The notes under the pieces were generated by a model. It was not told the DNA's origin. It did no database searches and was given only the letters and a program-made list of their open reading frames with translations. The position numbers and the translations under genes are program-made. Below, one piece after another: positions 55,129-64,000 of a stretch of DNA of 64,000 nucleotides (position 1 is its first letter; each line of letters begins with the position of its first letter). Source of the stretch: Candidatus Doudnabacteria bacterium. GTDB lineage: Bacteria; Patescibacteriota; Doudnabacteria; UBA920; O2-02-FULL-48-8. The stretch is from assembly GCA_023246005.1 (NCBI GenBank), contig JAHFJG010000007.1, forward strand, positions 7,312-71,311. Reading direction: 5' to 3'.

Positions 55129-55518
55129 TCAATCATCTTTTTTCAGCATTAAGCAAGCGGAATTGATGCAATAGCGCTTGCCGCCTTTATCCGACGGCCC
55201 ATCGTCAAAAACGTGGCCTAGGTGCGAACCGCAATTTTTGCAAATGACTTCAGTCCGGATCATCCCGTGGTCATTATCTTCACGGAGCTCAACATTTTTT
55301 AGGTTAGCAGGTTCGGTAAAGCTGGGCCAGCCTGTGCCGGAATCAAACTTGGTGTCTGACGAAAATAATTGATTGCCGCACGCCGCGCAAACAAACATGC
55401 CTTTCTCATGATTATCCACATACTTTCCGCTGAAAGGCGCCTCGGTTCCCTTTTCCCTCATTATCTTATACTGATCCGGAGTCAACTTCTGCTTTATTTC
55501 TTCTTCTGTCATAGTCAT
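55129..55518 (-). CDS. msrB: peptide-methionine (R)-S-oxide reductase MsrB
   Basis: CAACGNQLFSS...GWPSF...CKNCGSHLGHVFDDGP (two CxxC pairs plus catalytic region). Confidence 0.85.
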   Translation of the reverse strand: MTMTEEEIKQKLTPDQYKIMREKGTEAPFSGKYVDNHEKGMFVCAACGNQLFSSDTKFDSGTGWPSFTEPANLKNVELREDNDHGMIRTEVICKNCGSHLGHVFDDGPSDKGGKRYCINSACLMLKKDD

Positions 55519-55544
55519 ATATTAATAATGCCAAAAACTGCTAT

Positions 55545-56270
55545 TCAAATAAATCGAGTAATTAAAAAAATAAATACAACACCTAGAACTGTAAGCCCGA
55601 TTAATTTCGCTGAACTTTGTTTGCTATGGGCTTCCGGTAAAATATCGCTGGCGCCAATATATAACAGGAAACCGGCAAAAAATCCTAAGTATAAAACCAA
55701 AAAATGGGACGAGACTTTAAAAAACAAAGTTGATAATGCTCCTAATACTGGCGTAACTGCGTCTAATACTAAAAACATTTTCGATTTCCTCGGGGTATTA
55801 TTATTGATTAACATTAAAGCGACCGTATTCATGCCATCAGTAAAATCGTGGGAAATTACCGCAATCGCCACTAGCAAACCAACTGCTGGGTTAACTTGAA
55901 AACCTAAACCAATACCCACTCCATCCATAAAACTATGTCCAGCTAATGCTAAGGCCGAAAGAATTCCGACTTGCGGATGCCTATGATCGGCATAATCTCC
56001 TTCATGCAAATGGTGGATGACTAAAAATTTTTCTAGGACATGAAACAAAAGAAATCCAATAACTAGTGCAATCATGACCTCGGTAGAGCTAAAATGATTT
56101 TCTTTTATTTGATTGATTATCTCTGGAAAAATATCAAAACTCACCACTCCCAAAAGCACGCCAGCAGTGAAACCCATTATCAAATGGAGTTTATCTTTGA
56201 ATTTCACCGCAAATAATCCACCTAGCAAGGTCGAAAAAAAAGTAAAGATTGTTAGAATAATAGCTTGCAT
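55545..56270 (-). CDS. ZIP-family divalent metal transporter (ZupT-like)
   Basis: Eight TM helices. His-rich loop HHLHEGDYADHRH. Motif HSFMDGVGIGLGF. Confidence 0.7.
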   Translation of the reverse strand: MQAIILTIFTFFSTLLGGLFAVKFKDKLHLIMGFTAGVLLGVVSFDIFPEIINQIKENHFSSTEVMIALVIGFLLFHVLEKFLVIHHLHEGDYADHRHPQVGILSALALAGHSFMDGVGIGLGFQVNPAVGLLVAIAVISHDFTDGMNTVALMLINNNTPRKSKMFLVLDAVTPVLGALSTLFFKVSSHFLVLYLGFFAGFLLYIGASDILPEAHSKQSSAKLIGLTVLGVVFIFLITRFI

Positions 56271-56358
56271 TGTTTAATCATAACAAAAAATCGCCGAAAT
56301 GGCGATTTTTTACAAGGCCTTGAAATATTAATCAAAATCTGATAAAATTTCTTTACGT

Positions 56359-56433
56359 TCGGGCGTAGCTCAGCGGTAGAGCAGCTGACTGTTAATCAGC
56401 GGGTCGCTGGTTCGAATCCAGCCGCCCGAGCCA
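56359..56433 (+). tRNA. tRNA-Asn (anticodon GTT), encoded CCA
   Basis: Acceptor TCGGGCG/CGCCCGA. D-arm GCTC-AGCGGTA-GAGC. Anticodon stem GCTGA/TCAGC with loop CTGTTAA. T-arm GCTGG-TTCGAAT-CCAGC. Ends G-CCA. Confidence 0.85.
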
Positions 56434-56449
56434 AATTAAGCGATATATT

Positions 56450-56758
56450 ATGATACTTGAAGAAGTTAAGAAAAAAATCATGCCCATTCTGCATGCCAAC
56501 GGAGTAGAATATGCGGCGATTTTTGGATCCGCGGCACGCGGACAGACGACTCCGAATAGTGATGTCGATATTTTAGTTCGGTTCAATAAGCCGATTTCTC
56601 TTCTAGACCATATTGGAGTTGCTCAAGAACTTGAAGATATCTTACGGCAGAAGGTTGATTTAATTACCGAACAAAGCTTGAACAAATATGTAGTCCCAAA
56701 TGTAAAAAAAGATTTAATTGTTTTATATGGACAAGGCCAACGATCAGATTTACAGTAA
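56450..56758 (+). CDS. nucleotidyltransferase (MNT-type antitoxin)
   Basis: AIFGSAARGQTTPNSDVDILV NTase motif. Confidence 0.75.
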   Translation: MILEEVKKKIMPILHANGVEYAAIFGSAARGQTTPNSDVDILVRFNKPISLLDHIGVAQELEDILRQKVDLITEQSLNKYVVPNVKKDLIVLYGQGQRSDLQ

Positions 56759-57056
56759 ACACATTTTGAAAGCGATTGAAGGAATCGAAGCTTTTGTTTT
56801 GGCTATGAACTTTGATCATTTTAAAGCAGATATTAAGACGCAGATGGCTGTTACCCGGGAATTAGAAATTATCGGGGAAGCGGCTAAACGCTTGTCAGAA
56901 GAATTTAAAACCAATCACGAGAGTATCCCTTGGCGTAGAATAGCCGGCATGAGAGATTTTCTTATCCATGATTATATGGATGTAGATATAAAAGAAGTTT
57001 GGAAAGCGGCAACGGAAGATATACAAGAGCTGAAGAAAGTAATAGAAAACCTTTAA
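56727..57056 (+). CDS. HepT-like HEPN toxin (DUF86)
   Basis: R-x4-HxY motif RDFLIHDY. Overlaps the 3' end of the MNT gene. Confidence 0.7.
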   Translation: MDKANDQIYSKHILKAIEGIEAFVLAMNFDHFKADIKTQMAVTRELEIIGEAAKRLSEEFKTNHESIPWRRIAGMRDFLIHDYMDVDIKEVWKAATEDIQELKKVIENL

Positions 57057-57202
57057 AGCACATTAGCGAAGGCTAGTGTTTTTTATTGACACTTGCCAGG
57101 ATTCGAACTTGAAAATTTAAGCACTGACAAGGATCATAAATTTTATTAAACTATAATGTTCTTAGAATTGGTCCGCAATAACACACAGGAGGTAGTTCCG
57201 AC

Positions 57203-57466
57203 ATGGAACCGTCAGGTTCGGATAAACGCAAGGGCAGAAAGAGTCGTATTCCAAACACGGCAGAACTGACTGATGAAGAAGTGGTGAGAGTGGCGCTGAG
57301 TCCGTTCAGAGATGCTGTAGAGGAGCAAGCACGGTTACAAAACCAAAAGGGACGGATGGGCCCAAGAAGCTTGCTCCACCGCTTCCATCAGTTCCTGCGT
57401 CATGCGTCACGCAAGAATTCGAAATATCTCTTTCTGATTCAGATCCAAAAACGTTCCCAAAGCTAA
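57203..57466 (+). CDS. small basic hypothetical protein (87 aa), moderately GC-rich
   Basis: SD AGGAGG before the ATG. Local GC about 50%. Confidence 0.3.
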   Translation: MEPSGSDKRKGRKSRIPNTAELTDEEVVRVALSPFRDAVEEQARLQNQKGRMGPRSLLHRFHQFLRHASRKNSKYLFLIQIQKRSQS

Positions 57467-57509
57467 TGTTTTTTGTTAAACTAAAGCCAGCAAAAATTAA
57501 CCTATTTAT

Positions 57510-58661
57510 ATGCCCAAAGGCGAAGTTTTGGAATTTAGTGAGGGCTTGGAAGAACAGAACAAAACAATCGAACGAGAAGAAATTTTGAAAAAGTTGAACG
57601 TTCCTAATATTATTGAAGTTTATGCCAATTTAAGCTTAATTTGGCGAGCTGATAAGCGACTGGCTTTAGCAGTGATAATAAGAGATGGATTGGCTTTGCA
57701 TTACGCTTCCGCGGAATTACAGAATGATCCGGAAGTGGTCGAAGCAGCAGTTGCTAATACCGAACTAGCATGGCCATTTGCTTCCAATGACATGCAGGCT
57801 CGCCGTTTCGAAATTATGGCGCGGATTGAAAGCAAACTAAAAAGTGGCCGAGCAGAAAGAATTACGGAACTTCAAAGAGAAACTCAGAGAGAAATGGAAG
57901 CCAGTCACGAATACAGTCGCGAGTTAGAAAGGATTAAGGCTATAATAACAAAAAATTTTTGGAAGTCTCCCGACCCGGAAAAGAATATTAGGATTATGGC
58001 CAAAGAGTTAGCCATGGACCCCAAAGAGGTCTGGAAAGTTATCGAAGAAGCCCATACTCCGGAAATTCTGGTCAAAGTTTCAAACAAACCACTGGTGGAA
58101 GCCCTGGATCAGAAAAAAATTGAAATGTATTGTTTATTGGAGGCTTTGAAAGAAGCAGGGTTTACTCCTGCTGTGTGGACTTTGGGCAATAAGAAATGGC
58201 AATTAAAAAAACTTGAGCTCACAGGAGCTAAGAAATATTTTGACGAAGAACATATATTCGTGGCAGAAAACGAGAAAACAGATGAGAAAACTTCTGAACT
58301 TCGTAGAATCTTTGATAAAATTTTAGAAGACAAATCCAGAGGCAGACCGATTCATGTTTACATTGTGGATGACAAACAGAAAGAAATAGATGCGGCTATG
58401 GGTTTATCCCAAGTTTATGAACAACAAGGAATTATAATCCACAATTTTAGGTTTGATCTGAAGAATAGCCAGGCAGATGGCACCAAATTTTATGGATGGA
58501 TATTGGAAGAACGCGAAAAGCATTCTAATTTAGTTTTAGTCTTGGATTTCGATCAAGTGATCGCGGATACCAATGGAGCGCTAGATCAGGCCTGCAAAAA
58601 TATTTTAATACGAAAGTCAAAACAAGAAAAGCAAGAATCTGATCACGCCATGGCCGCATGA
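57510..58661 (+). CDS. hypothetical protein with N-terminal DUF4116-like repeats (ALHYASAELQNDPEVV) and C-terminal alpha/beta domain
   Basis: Repeat motif ...ALHYASAELQNDPEVVEAAV.... C-terminal IHVYIVDD...VLVLDFDQVIADTNG, possibly HAD-like. Confidence 0.3.
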   Translation: MPKGEVLEFSEGLEEQNKTIEREEILKKLNVPNIIEVYANLSLIWRADKRLALAVIIRDGLALHYASAELQNDPEVVEAAVANTELAWPFASNDMQARRFEIMARIESKLKSGRAERITELQRETQREMEASHEYSRELERIKAIITKNFWKSPDPEKNIRIMAKELAMDPKEVWKVIEEAHTPEILVKVSNKPLVEALDQKKIEMYCLLEALKEAGFTPAVWTLGNKKWQLKKLELTGAKKYFDEEHIFVAENEKTDEKTSELRRIFDKILEDKSRGRPIHVYIVDDKQKEIDAAMGLSQVYEQQGIIIHNFRFDLKNSQADGTKFYGWILEEREKHSNLVLVLDFDQVIADTNGALDQACKNILIRKSKQEKQESDHAMAA

Positions 58662-58686
58662 GAAGCAGATTCGGGATTCCAGAACA

Positions 58687-60087
58687 TTAGTTGGATATTT
58701 TCTGGGTTTTAGTCAGATCAAACGTGCTGTTTTCGAGATTATTTTTGATTGGAATCGAAAAAGCGAAAGTTGAACCCTTGCCCTCGCCTTGCGATTCGAC
58801 CCAAATCTTGCCATTGTGCTGTTCAATCACGATTTTGGCAACATATAAACCAAGGCCTAAGCCAGCTGAATTTTTAGATTTTTCTTTGCCTCGATCAAAT
58901 TTTTCAAAAATACTTTTTTCTTGTTCCACCGTAACCCCCTTACCTGTATCAGTAACTTTGATTATCAAATCCTGATCTGTTTCTGACAATTCGACTACAA
59001 CCCGGCCTTGTTTGGTGTATTTTATAGCATTGTCAATTAAATTATTAATTACTTGACGCAATTTTTCTTTGTCAGCAATAATTTGGGGAAGAGTTGTTTC
59101 TGGCTGATTAAAAATCAGCTGAATTTTTTTATTTTCAGCTTGTGGCAGCAGTTGATCAACTGTAAGTTGAGTAATGGCTAACAGATCAATTGGTTCAAAA
59201 TTAAACTCCAATTTGCCGCGTTCAATCCTAGAAACATTAAGCAAATCGTCAATTAAAGATATCATGGAATTATTAGTCAGTTGAGTTTTTTGTAATTGCT
59301 TTTTCACTTCCTCTGGCAACTGACCAAAATCGTTAGCCAAAATTGATGCTAAATACCACTTAATGGTCGTAGGCGGTGTGCGCAGCTGGTGGCTGGCGAT
59401 AGTGATAAATTCTGCCCGGGCTTGATCCAAAATTTTCAGTTGTTCATTAGCCTCTCTTAATTGCTCGTATAAGAAAGCTTTGTCTAAAGCAACGGCTACT
59501 ACATCAACCAAGCTATTAATCGAATCCTTTTCGTGTTCATTTAAGACGCTGTAGTCGCGATTAAGTCCCAGAAAAAGAGCGCCAATTACTCGATTTTGCG
59601 TCACCAAAGGATATAAAAGAATCGTCTTGATGTGTGATTGATCCGAAATCGTTTTCAGTTTTATTGACGGAATTGTTCCACCCCAAATTACGTCCAAATT
59701 ATTTGGCTGGGCTGGAGCTTTTTCATAAAAAACTTGCTTAAGAATTGGTTTTTTTGAAACTTCAGTGATTTGTAAATCTTTAAATAAAAAACCGAGTTTG
59801 TTCATTATATTCTTCAAACGTTCTGATTTGGAAAACATAAAAGAAGTCAGTGTGTCGGTTTTATCGTCAAAATGCATCACGCCCACAGCTTCCATATTTA
59901 AATCAACCCTAACTGTTTCTGAAATCTTTTCAGAAAGCGAGGGCGGGTCTAGAGTTAACAAGCTGATTTGATAAAGCTTTCGCAGAAGCGAAAGCGTTTT
60001 ATTGACAATTGCAAGTTCTAAGTTGCGCTTATAGATTTCCTCGTTGATCTCTTGCAAGTGTCCGTCGTTGGAATCAGTATTTGACAT
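58687..60087 (-). CDS. sensor histidine kinase (GAF-like sensor, HisKA, HATPase_c)
   Basis: H-box FITIASHQLRTPPTTI. N-box NLIDNAIKYT. G-boxes DTGKGV and GLGLGLYVAK. Confidence 0.8.
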   Translation of the reverse strand: MSNTDSNDGHLQEINEEIYKRNLELAIVNKTLSLLRKLYQISLLTLDPPSLSEKISETVRVDLNMEAVGVMHFDDKTDTLTSFMFSKSERLKNIMNKLGFLFKDLQITEVSKKPILKQVFYEKAPAQPNNLDVIWGGTIPSIKLKTISDQSHIKTILLYPLVTQNRVIGALFLGLNRDYSVLNEHEKDSINSLVDVVAVALDKAFLYEQLREANEQLKILDQARAEFITIASHQLRTPPTTIKWYLASILANDFGQLPEEVKKQLQKTQLTNNSMISLIDDLLNVSRIERGKLEFNFEPIDLLAITQLTVDQLLPQAENKKIQLIFNQPETTLPQIIADKEKLRQVINNLIDNAIKYTKQGRVVVELSETDQDLIIKVTDTGKGVTVEQEKSIFEKFDRGKEKSKNSAGLGLGLYVAKIVIEQHNGKIWVESQGEGKGSTFAFSIPIKNNLENSTFDLTKTQKISN

Positions 60088-60089
60088 AT

Positions 60090-60395
60090 TTATTTCAGAC
60101 TCGTGGGCACTTGGTCTTTCGGCAATTCGACGATCAGATCCTGGACCGCATCTTTACAGACTTCGGTTGAAGCTCGTCCAAACAATCGTGTGTATTGAGC
60201 CACTAGTTTATTCAGGACTTCTTTAGCATCGCCATCAAAGGAAACTTGGCCTTTGGATTGGTCAACGATATGGAATCCAGAAACTTTTTTCGCTTCTTCC
60301 CAAGCCACTGGTCCGATGATCAGTTCTTGTTCTTTGATAATCCGCAATGATATTTGATCAAAGATACTTGCGCTGGTTGTGGCTGTCGCAATCAT
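60090..60395 (-). CDS. small hypothetical protein (101 aa) downstream of the kinase gene
   Basis: Intact ORF 3 nt after the HK stop. No confident family. Confidence 0.3.
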   Translation of the reverse strand: MIATATTSASIFDQISLRIIKEQELIIGPVAWEEAKKVSGFHIVDQSKGQVSFDGDAKEVLNKLVAQYTRLFGRASTEVCKDAVQDLIVELPKDQVPTSLK

Positions 60396-60399
60396 AAAA

Positions 60400-61224
60400 T
60401 TAACTATTTTTTATCTTATAAAAAGTCGAGCCTAGTTTTATAAGACTAAGGGTCATCATAAAGTAAGCGAGTAAATATAAAAGATCACTAAAAATTATAT
60501 TGCTCCCTATATAAAAATTTCTATTTGATAAAAACAAAAAAACATAATCTGCAACAAATTGAGCAAATAACGCGACGATAAAAAATAAAACGGGTTTTTT
60601 CATGATGCCCCCAAGAAAACGTGATGAGGTAATAAAAGTAATAATGGCCATTGAAACATAAATGGCTTGTCCGAGCGGATAACCAAAGTCAAAAAAAATG
60701 GTAAGAGGATGACTCCAGTCGAATTGATAGCCTTTCAAGAAAATATTGTATGAAAACCCTAAAATACAAACGGGTATTAACAAAGCCAAAATTCTTATAG
60801 ACCAAGAGCTGAAAAAATTCCGTGATCGTAGTGCCTTATATAAAAAATAAATACCACATATATACAAAGGAATGCTCCCAAAAAAACCAATGTCAGCAAT
60901 GGAAGGATAAAGTACTTCAACTTGCTTATAAGTAAAATAGCTAAAGACGAATTGGCCAAAAGATTGAGCAAGAAGTCCTGAAGCAAAGGCTAAATTAGCT
61001 CGACCGATTTGACTCTTCCAACCGCCCCATAAATTTGAAAAATAAATGCCATAGAAAACGCCAAACCAAGCAATTATCTGGTATATCGCGGACCAGAATT
61101 GCGCATTATAGCTATTTGGGTCTGATTTAGTAAAAACAAAGAAAAGACCCCAAATCATCAAGATAATAAAAACGATAACTGGTATAAATATTGTTCTTTT
61201 CGCTATATTCTCTTTGAGTTCCAT
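60400..61224 (-). CDS. polytopic membrane protein (about 8 TM), hypothetical
   Basis: Hydrophobic throughout. Follows the DUF2156-like gene. Confidence 0.35.
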   Translation of the reverse strand: MELKENIAKRTIFIPVIVFIILMIWGLFFVFTKSDPNSYNAQFWSAIYQIIAWFGVFYGIYFSNLWGGWKSQIGRANLAFASGLLAQSFGQFVFSYFTYKQVEVLYPSIADIGFFGSIPLYICGIYFLYKALRSRNFFSSWSIRILALLIPVCILGFSYNIFLKGYQFDWSHPLTIFFDFGYPLGQAIYVSMAIITFITSSRFLGGIMKKPVLFFIVALFAQFVADYVFLFLSNRNFYIGSNIIFSDLLYLLAYFMMTLSLIKLGSTFYKIKNS

Positions 61225-61231
61225 AAAGCAA

Positions 61232-62215
61232 TTATATTACAAAATCATCCAAATAAGCAATTGAGTATTTTTTTAGGAAATGTGCTGGTCTATAGGAATT
61301 TTTAGAGAACCGCAAATTCGGTAATCCTAAATCTTGCTCATCATTATGATAGTCAATTCCCATATCCAAAAAAAATTTTGCGTGACTTTGCATTAAAAAT
61401 TGTGAAATACCTTCATAACCTATATTCGATTTTCCAAAATGCGAAAGGCAATAATCGTCCATTATTCTCTCACTAACAATGAAGCTCGCTAATTTATCTT
61501 CAATAAAAATAGAAAAGCATATTAATGATTTCAAAAAATCGTCAGGTGATGATAATAATTTTTTAAAAGCAATTGATTCGTTTTTAAAATCTTCTAATTC
61601 TTTATAATTTTTTGTATTGTCTATTTTATCTTTTTTCTTTTTTGTCCATAAGTCAACTAAATCTTGTAATATTTTTTTATTCTTTTCCTCTGTAAGGTTC
61701 ATGAATTTGACTTCAAATTTGTGTATTTCCTTGAAGCGACGAGTATTTTTTCTATGCTTTTTATATTCCGAGCCAACATATGCGGCAAGGTTTTTTATTG
61801 AGTAGATATAATCAAAATGATTTCGTTCTTCTATAATATTAAATTTATTTTGATCCATTTTTACTACAGAATTCTCGGGTACTAATTTAAGTACTGGTCT
61901 TATTTTCTCTTTCTTTGATAATTCTAGTAAGGCTTCAGCGGTTTCATTCGTTTTTTCACGTCCTAAAAACGAATAGAACGATTCTTCAGACAAATAGTCT
62001 GAAAATTTAACCAGTAAATTACCATTCAACTGAGAGATACGAATCGCATTCTTAATATCCCAAACCCACAGAGAAACAAAATTAAAATCCGAATACGGCG
62101 GGTACTGCAACGTAATTTCTTCTATATCGGCCTTGTCAGTTATTTCAAGTTTTTTAAATTGTGGAAACTTTGGAAGCATAATAAATTGAGGTTTTTCACC
62201 CTCTGCGGATAACAT
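61232..62215 (-). CDS. DUF2156-like protein (aminoacyl-phosphatidylglycerol synthase MprF C-terminal-domain-like), tentative
   Basis: About 330 aa, soluble. Motif YSDFNFVSLWVWD near the N-terminus resembles the MprF synthase domain. Very AT-rich. Recognised by eye only. Confidence 0.35.
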   Translation of the reverse strand: MLSAEGEKPQFIMLPKFPQFKKLEITDKADIEEITLQYPPYSDFNFVSLWVWDIKNAIRISQLNGNLLVKFSDYLSEESFYSFLGREKTNETAEALLELSKKEKIRPVLKLVPENSVVKMDQNKFNIIEERNHFDYIYSIKNLAAYVGSEYKKHRKNTRRFKEIHKFEVKFMNLTEEKNKKILQDLVDLWTKKKKDKIDNTKNYKELEDFKNESIAFKKLLSSPDDFLKSLICFSIFIEDKLASFIVSERIMDDYCLSHFGKSNIGYEGISQFLMQSHAKFFLDMGIDYHNDEQDLGLPNLRFSKNSYRPAHFLKKYSIAYLDDFVI

Positions 62216-62256
62216 TATTGTAGCATGGTCGTGTTGTTTTCCAAAAGAATTTAGGA

Positions 62257-63711
62257 TTGACTAAAGATGAAATAAATGCTAAGTTATTAAGTCAAGGATG
62301 GCTTTTGCCTCTTTGCGATCTTGAACAATCAGCAGGAGGCAAAAGCATACGAAATTACAGCGTTGAGTCTGTTTTTCCAGGAGGGAGTTCCATCATGAAA
62401 AAGCAGTACGTTTCAGACCTCCATCAGAGACTCGACGTTGACCAAAACGTCGTTCTCTACGGATGGGTTAAGGCCAGGCGGATACATGGACGCATCGTCT
62501 TTATCGATGTCGTCGATTCGACTGGAACTATACAGGCGGTGTTTGAGAAAGGTCAGTGTCCCGATGTCGTGTTCGTAATGGCCAAAGGCTTAACTCTTGA
62601 GTCGAGCGTTAAGGTACAAGGTCAGCTGCGGGCTCGGGGGATACAACGCGAGATCGTGGCGTGTTGTCTCGATGTAATCAGCCAAGCCAGTATCGCAGTT
62701 GATCCTCATGTCCGCGATCCCATCGACATCTTCGACCCCGCGATTCAGGAACAGCTTTTAGGCCATCGTCATTTCTATCTTCGCAATGAGAAGGTAATGG
62801 CGATCCTCAAGTTCCGTCACTTGCTGATGGGTTTGGTTCATCAGTGGTTCCGAAGTCAGGGCTATACCGAGATCACGGCTCCAGTTCTGACTGCAGTTCC
62901 ACTCTACGACGATCGCTCCGCTATCGGGCTGACAGTCGACAACCAGTCAATCTTCCTCACACAGTGCGTTGGCTTCTACCTAGAATGGGCCGTGCACGCC
63001 TTTGAGAAGGTCTACAACATCGGCCCGAGTTTCCGGGGAGAAGAAAGTCGCAGCAAGCGTCACCTTATGGAGTATTGGCACATCAAGGCCGAGATGGCAT
63101 TTGCGGATCTGGAGGACGTTATCGCTACGGTCGAAAGCCTGATCAGTTTCGTTTCGGTGGCCTGCCACGAACAAGGGGGCGACCTGGCGAAAACATTAGG
63201 CCGATCGATTTGCCGCGACGGCGTCAGCACTCCATACCCGCGGATCACTTACGCGGAAGCGGTCGAAAGCCTCAAGCGCGATGGTGTCGATTTTCAGTTC
63301 GGCAAAAGCCTCGGCTCTGACGAGGAAGAACTGCTCTCCAGGCAATTCAAACAGCCCTTCTGGATCGTCGGTGTTCCGCGCACGATCGAACCGTTTCCGT
63401 ATGTTGTCGATCCGAACGACCCGCGCGTCACGCGCACAGCCGATCTGATCGCGACCAACGGTTATGGCGAACTGCTCGGCGTTGCTGAAAAAATTCAGGA
63501 TCTCTCGATGCTGGACGAACGGCTCGCTGAGAAGGGCAAGCTTGGCAATCCGCTCTATGAATGGATGCGTGACCTCCGGAAGTTCGGCTGCGTTCCCCAT
63601 GTCGGTTTCGGCTTGGGGGTCGAACGTTTTATCCGGTGGCTGATCGACATCCCGCACGTCCGCGATACCATTCCTTTCCCGAGAACTTTTCGGCGAAAGA
63701 TTTTCCCTTAG
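62257..63711 (+). CDS. class IIb aminoacyl-tRNA synthetase, AsnRS-like (GC-rich, likely horizontally acquired)
   Basis: N-terminal OB anticodon-binding fold. Motif 2 FRGEESRSKRHLMEYWHIKAEMAF. Motif 3 GFGLGVERFIRWL...RDTIPFPRT closely resembles the AsnRS C-terminus. GC about 57%. Confidence 0.7.
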   Translation: MTKDEINAKLLSQGWLLPLCDLEQSAGGKSIRNYSVESVFPGGSSIMKKQYVSDLHQRLDVDQNVVLYGWVKARRIHGRIVFIDVVDSTGTIQAVFEKGQCPDVVFVMAKGLTLESSVKVQGQLRARGIQREIVACCLDVISQASIAVDPHVRDPIDIFDPAIQEQLLGHRHFYLRNEKVMAILKFRHLLMGLVHQWFRSQGYTEITAPVLTAVPLYDDRSAIGLTVDNQSIFLTQCVGFYLEWAVHAFEKVYNIGPSFRGEESRSKRHLMEYWHIKAEMAFADLEDVIATVESLISFVSVACHEQGGDLAKTLGRSICRDGVSTPYPRITYAEAVESLKRDGVDFQFGKSLGSDEEELLSRQFKQPFWIVGVPRTIEPFPYVVDPNDPRVTRTADLIATNGYGELLGVAEKIQDLSMLDERLAEKGKLGNPLYEWMRDLRKFGCVPHVGFGLGVERFIRWLIDIPHVRDTIPFPRTFRRKIFP

Positions 63712-63724
63712 TGAGGTAAACTAC

Positions 63725-64000
63725 AATGCTGAGAATTCTCGTTTCCCAGCTTGGCAACTACATCGGCCAGACCGTCACGATCGCCGGTTGGGTTGAAAAC
63801 GCCAGGCTCCTCAAGCGCATGCAGTTTCTCGTCGTGCGCGACCACAGCGGTTCGTTGCAGGCGATTCACGAGCGATCGGTTGACGAAGCGTTGGCCGCGG
63901 TAATTGACAGCATTAGCAACGAGTCGGCGGTCACGGTGACCGGCGTGGTCGTTGAAAATGCGCAGGTTAAACTCGGTGGCTTGGAGCTTCAGATCAAGGC
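63725..64000 (+). CDS. second class IIb aaRS-like gene (AspRS/AsnRS-type N-terminal OB fold), 3'-truncated by window end
   Basis: TIAGWVENARLLKRMQFLVVRDHSGSLQAI is a typical OB-fold anticodon-binding domain start. GC-rich. Confidence 0.5.

Noticed and set aside
1-64000. CRISPR arrays or cas genes
   Set aside because: No regularly spaced direct repeats of 24-48 nt with unique spacers were seen. The repeated elements present are palindromic and dispersed rather than arrayed.

Overview
The window is AT-rich (about 38-40% GC) with short patches of much higher GC. It looks like a reduced, probably Patescibacteria/CPR-like genome, judged from gene content and the many small selfish-looking ORFs. 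Housekeeping genes present: recG, rsmA/ksgA, uvrD/pcrA, recO, ileS, argS, smpB, tmRNA, infC-rpmI-rplT, dinB, msrB, tRNA-Ser/Arg/Asn, an ECF sigma/anti-sigma pair and a sensor kinase. Between them sit accessory features: (i) an 11-kb minus-strand type IV secretion/conjugation-like module (VirB4 ATPase, VirB6/TrbL-like polytopic protein, PrgI-like protein, M15-type wall hydrolase) interrupted by small genes (four HEPN-clan 'four-helix-bundle/23S-IVS' proteins, a GxxExxY nuclease-fold protein, a PIN toxin, GIY-YIG), most of them bracketed by their own inverted repeats; (ii) a candidate cobalamin riboswitch in front of a secreted alpha/alpha-toroid (prenyltransferase-repeat) protein; (iii) ileS carrying an inserted histidine-phosphatase (PGAM-like) domain; (iv) a 3.9-kb gene for a giant surface protein (beta-helix + GH114 + SH3b x2 + PT linkers) with a recent internal duplication; (v) several dispersed repeat families, including a GC-rich palindromic mini-element that adds ~10 residues in-frame to RecG, and duplicated gene 5'-ends (start codon plus first codons) placed upstream of unrelated genes; (vi) GC-rich, likely horizontally acquired segments (two small ORFs after recG; tandem AsnRS/AspRS-like genes next to a DUF2156/MprF-C-like gene and a polytopic membrane protein). 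Two MNT-type nucleotidyltransferases are present, one with a HepT partner and one next to a 4HB (HEPN-clan) gene. All calls rest on motif recognition by eye; no searches were run.
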